Assembly (NCBI GenBank): GCA_030704615.1
Contig: CM060733.1
Span: 20,398,001 to 20,462,000, forward strand
Reading direction: 5' to 3'
Length of the DNA: 64,000 nucleotides
Origin: Takakia lepidozioides
Lineage: Eukaryota > Plantae > Bryophyta
The position numbers were made by a program, and so were the translations under genes. This document shows positions 63,201-64,000 of this stretch, in pieces; within the stretch, counting starts at the first letter, position 1, and every line of letters begins with the position of its first letter. The notes beneath the pieces were generated by a model. The model was given only the letters and a program-made list of their open reading frames with translations, did no database searches and was not told the origin of the DNA.

Positions 63201-64000
63201 TCTGAAGCTGGAGAGAAAACCAGCGATGCATTCACTGCTGGCACCCAGAACAGCTGGTTCTCCCTCAGTCTGAACATCTTTCATGGAGGTTTGCGGAGGC
63301 CCATTGATGTTAGAGTGCGAAATTGAAGCATCTACCTGCACCACTGCCAACCCTGTTCTTTGAGCATTCCGTCTCCGCCGTTTGGACTGTGAACTCTCAT
63401 CCTCTTGGCTACTTCCTGCTGTGTCTGAAAAGTCTGGCTCGAGCAGAAGAGGCCAAGTGTGACGGGGCGAATCAAGTCTCCTGCAAATGCTGTCCACTGG
63501 GGCTTGCCTTACCTCTGAGGATTCCTGGGCAAATAGCCCCCCGAAATTGGTAGCTGTACCTCCCACCTCATTAGGGCCAAGTGTTTCAACAGCCAGTTGG
63601 ATACAGCAACTCAGAGGGGAAACAACTTCAGGGATGAAGGCTAATTGGAGAAGAGAGCACATATGCTCAGAATACGAAGGGCACTGTTTGATGATCATCA
63701 CAAAGATATCGCACATGGCTACCTGAAACAGACATATAACAAGTCGTATTAAGAGAGGGAATTGCTTGGTCTTGTTCTGACATACTTCTTCAAAGAAACT
63801 TTTTAGAAGATCAAGAGATATCACCTGAACGGACTATGTCCAGACTACTTGGTCAATATGGCACCCTTGAGATTCCCTGATTACATAACTAGAGAACTAT
63901 CCCACACAACCTGAGAGCCTTTCACCAATCAAGAGGCAACTAAAAGCAGAAAAGCGAGAAGCTCCATGGCAGCAATGAGAGGGGAGGCATCCAGACAGAG
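48231..64000 (-). CDS. ATR: Serine/threonine-protein kinase ATR (PIKK), multi-exon, 5' end outside the window
   Basis: FATC LAKMYIWWMAWF* (stop at 48231). Kinase motifs LCKPKDDLRKDARMMEF, GLGDRHGENILFD, VHVDF and PEVVPFRLTQN. FAT region (QAAWRLGQW, MPRLLTLWFEFG, WLTALSQLVSRICH). UME/HEAT-type exons extend to about 63823. About 20 exons are visible. Confidence 0.96.
55385..55559 (-). mobile_element. tRNA-derived SINE in an ATR intron with a 12-bp TSD
   Basis: TSD GCAGAGGCAGAA at 55373-55384 and 55560-55571. The minus-strand head has an A-box TAGCCCAGTGG and a B-box GGTTCAAACC. Confidence 0.85.
60856..62886 (-). mobile_element. RTE-X-like LINE, 5'-truncated (RT plus C-terminal Cys/His motif), co-oriented inside an ATR intron
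   Basis: GPDGIVNE, NYRGITLL, QAGFR, FLDVKKAYD, QGCTLSP, FADD, YTYLG, CPLC...HFLIHC. Two frameshifts (about 62550 and about 61590). Flanked by GA-rich, TSD-like CAGAGAGA sequence on both sides. Confidence 0.92.

Overview
Eukaryotic nuclear DNA from a land plant, probably a non-seed plant such as a bryophyte (inferred from gene style and transposon repertoire). The gene-rich part (about 21-64 kb) holds five spliced genes: a subfamily-XII (CIB/BPE-like) bHLH transcription factor (+), a plastid-type DUF760 protein (-), a TMEM128-like membrane protein (+), a clade-V BAHD acyltransferase (-), and the 3' approximately 16 kb of ATR (-), which runs off the right edge. The first approximately 18 kb is a transposon field: a decayed Ty1/copia element, a complete 3,724-bp piggyBac element (TTAA TSDs, perfect 17-bp TIRs, intact DDD triad, extra upstream coding region), a palindromic TRIM whose LTRs are built on a tRNA-like Pol III unit, a Plavaka-like transposase remnant and LINE ends. 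Between and inside the genes are a CRE-like RLE non-LTR retroelement whose 5' and 3' ends are complementary, several copies of an RTE-X-like LINE next to CT/GA microsatellites, a tRNA-derived SINE and a MITE. The most notable items are the near-reconstructable piggyBac in a land-plant chromosome, the tRNA-LTR TRIM palindrome and the CRE-like element's terminal architecture. All calls come from reading the sequence by eye; no searches were run.
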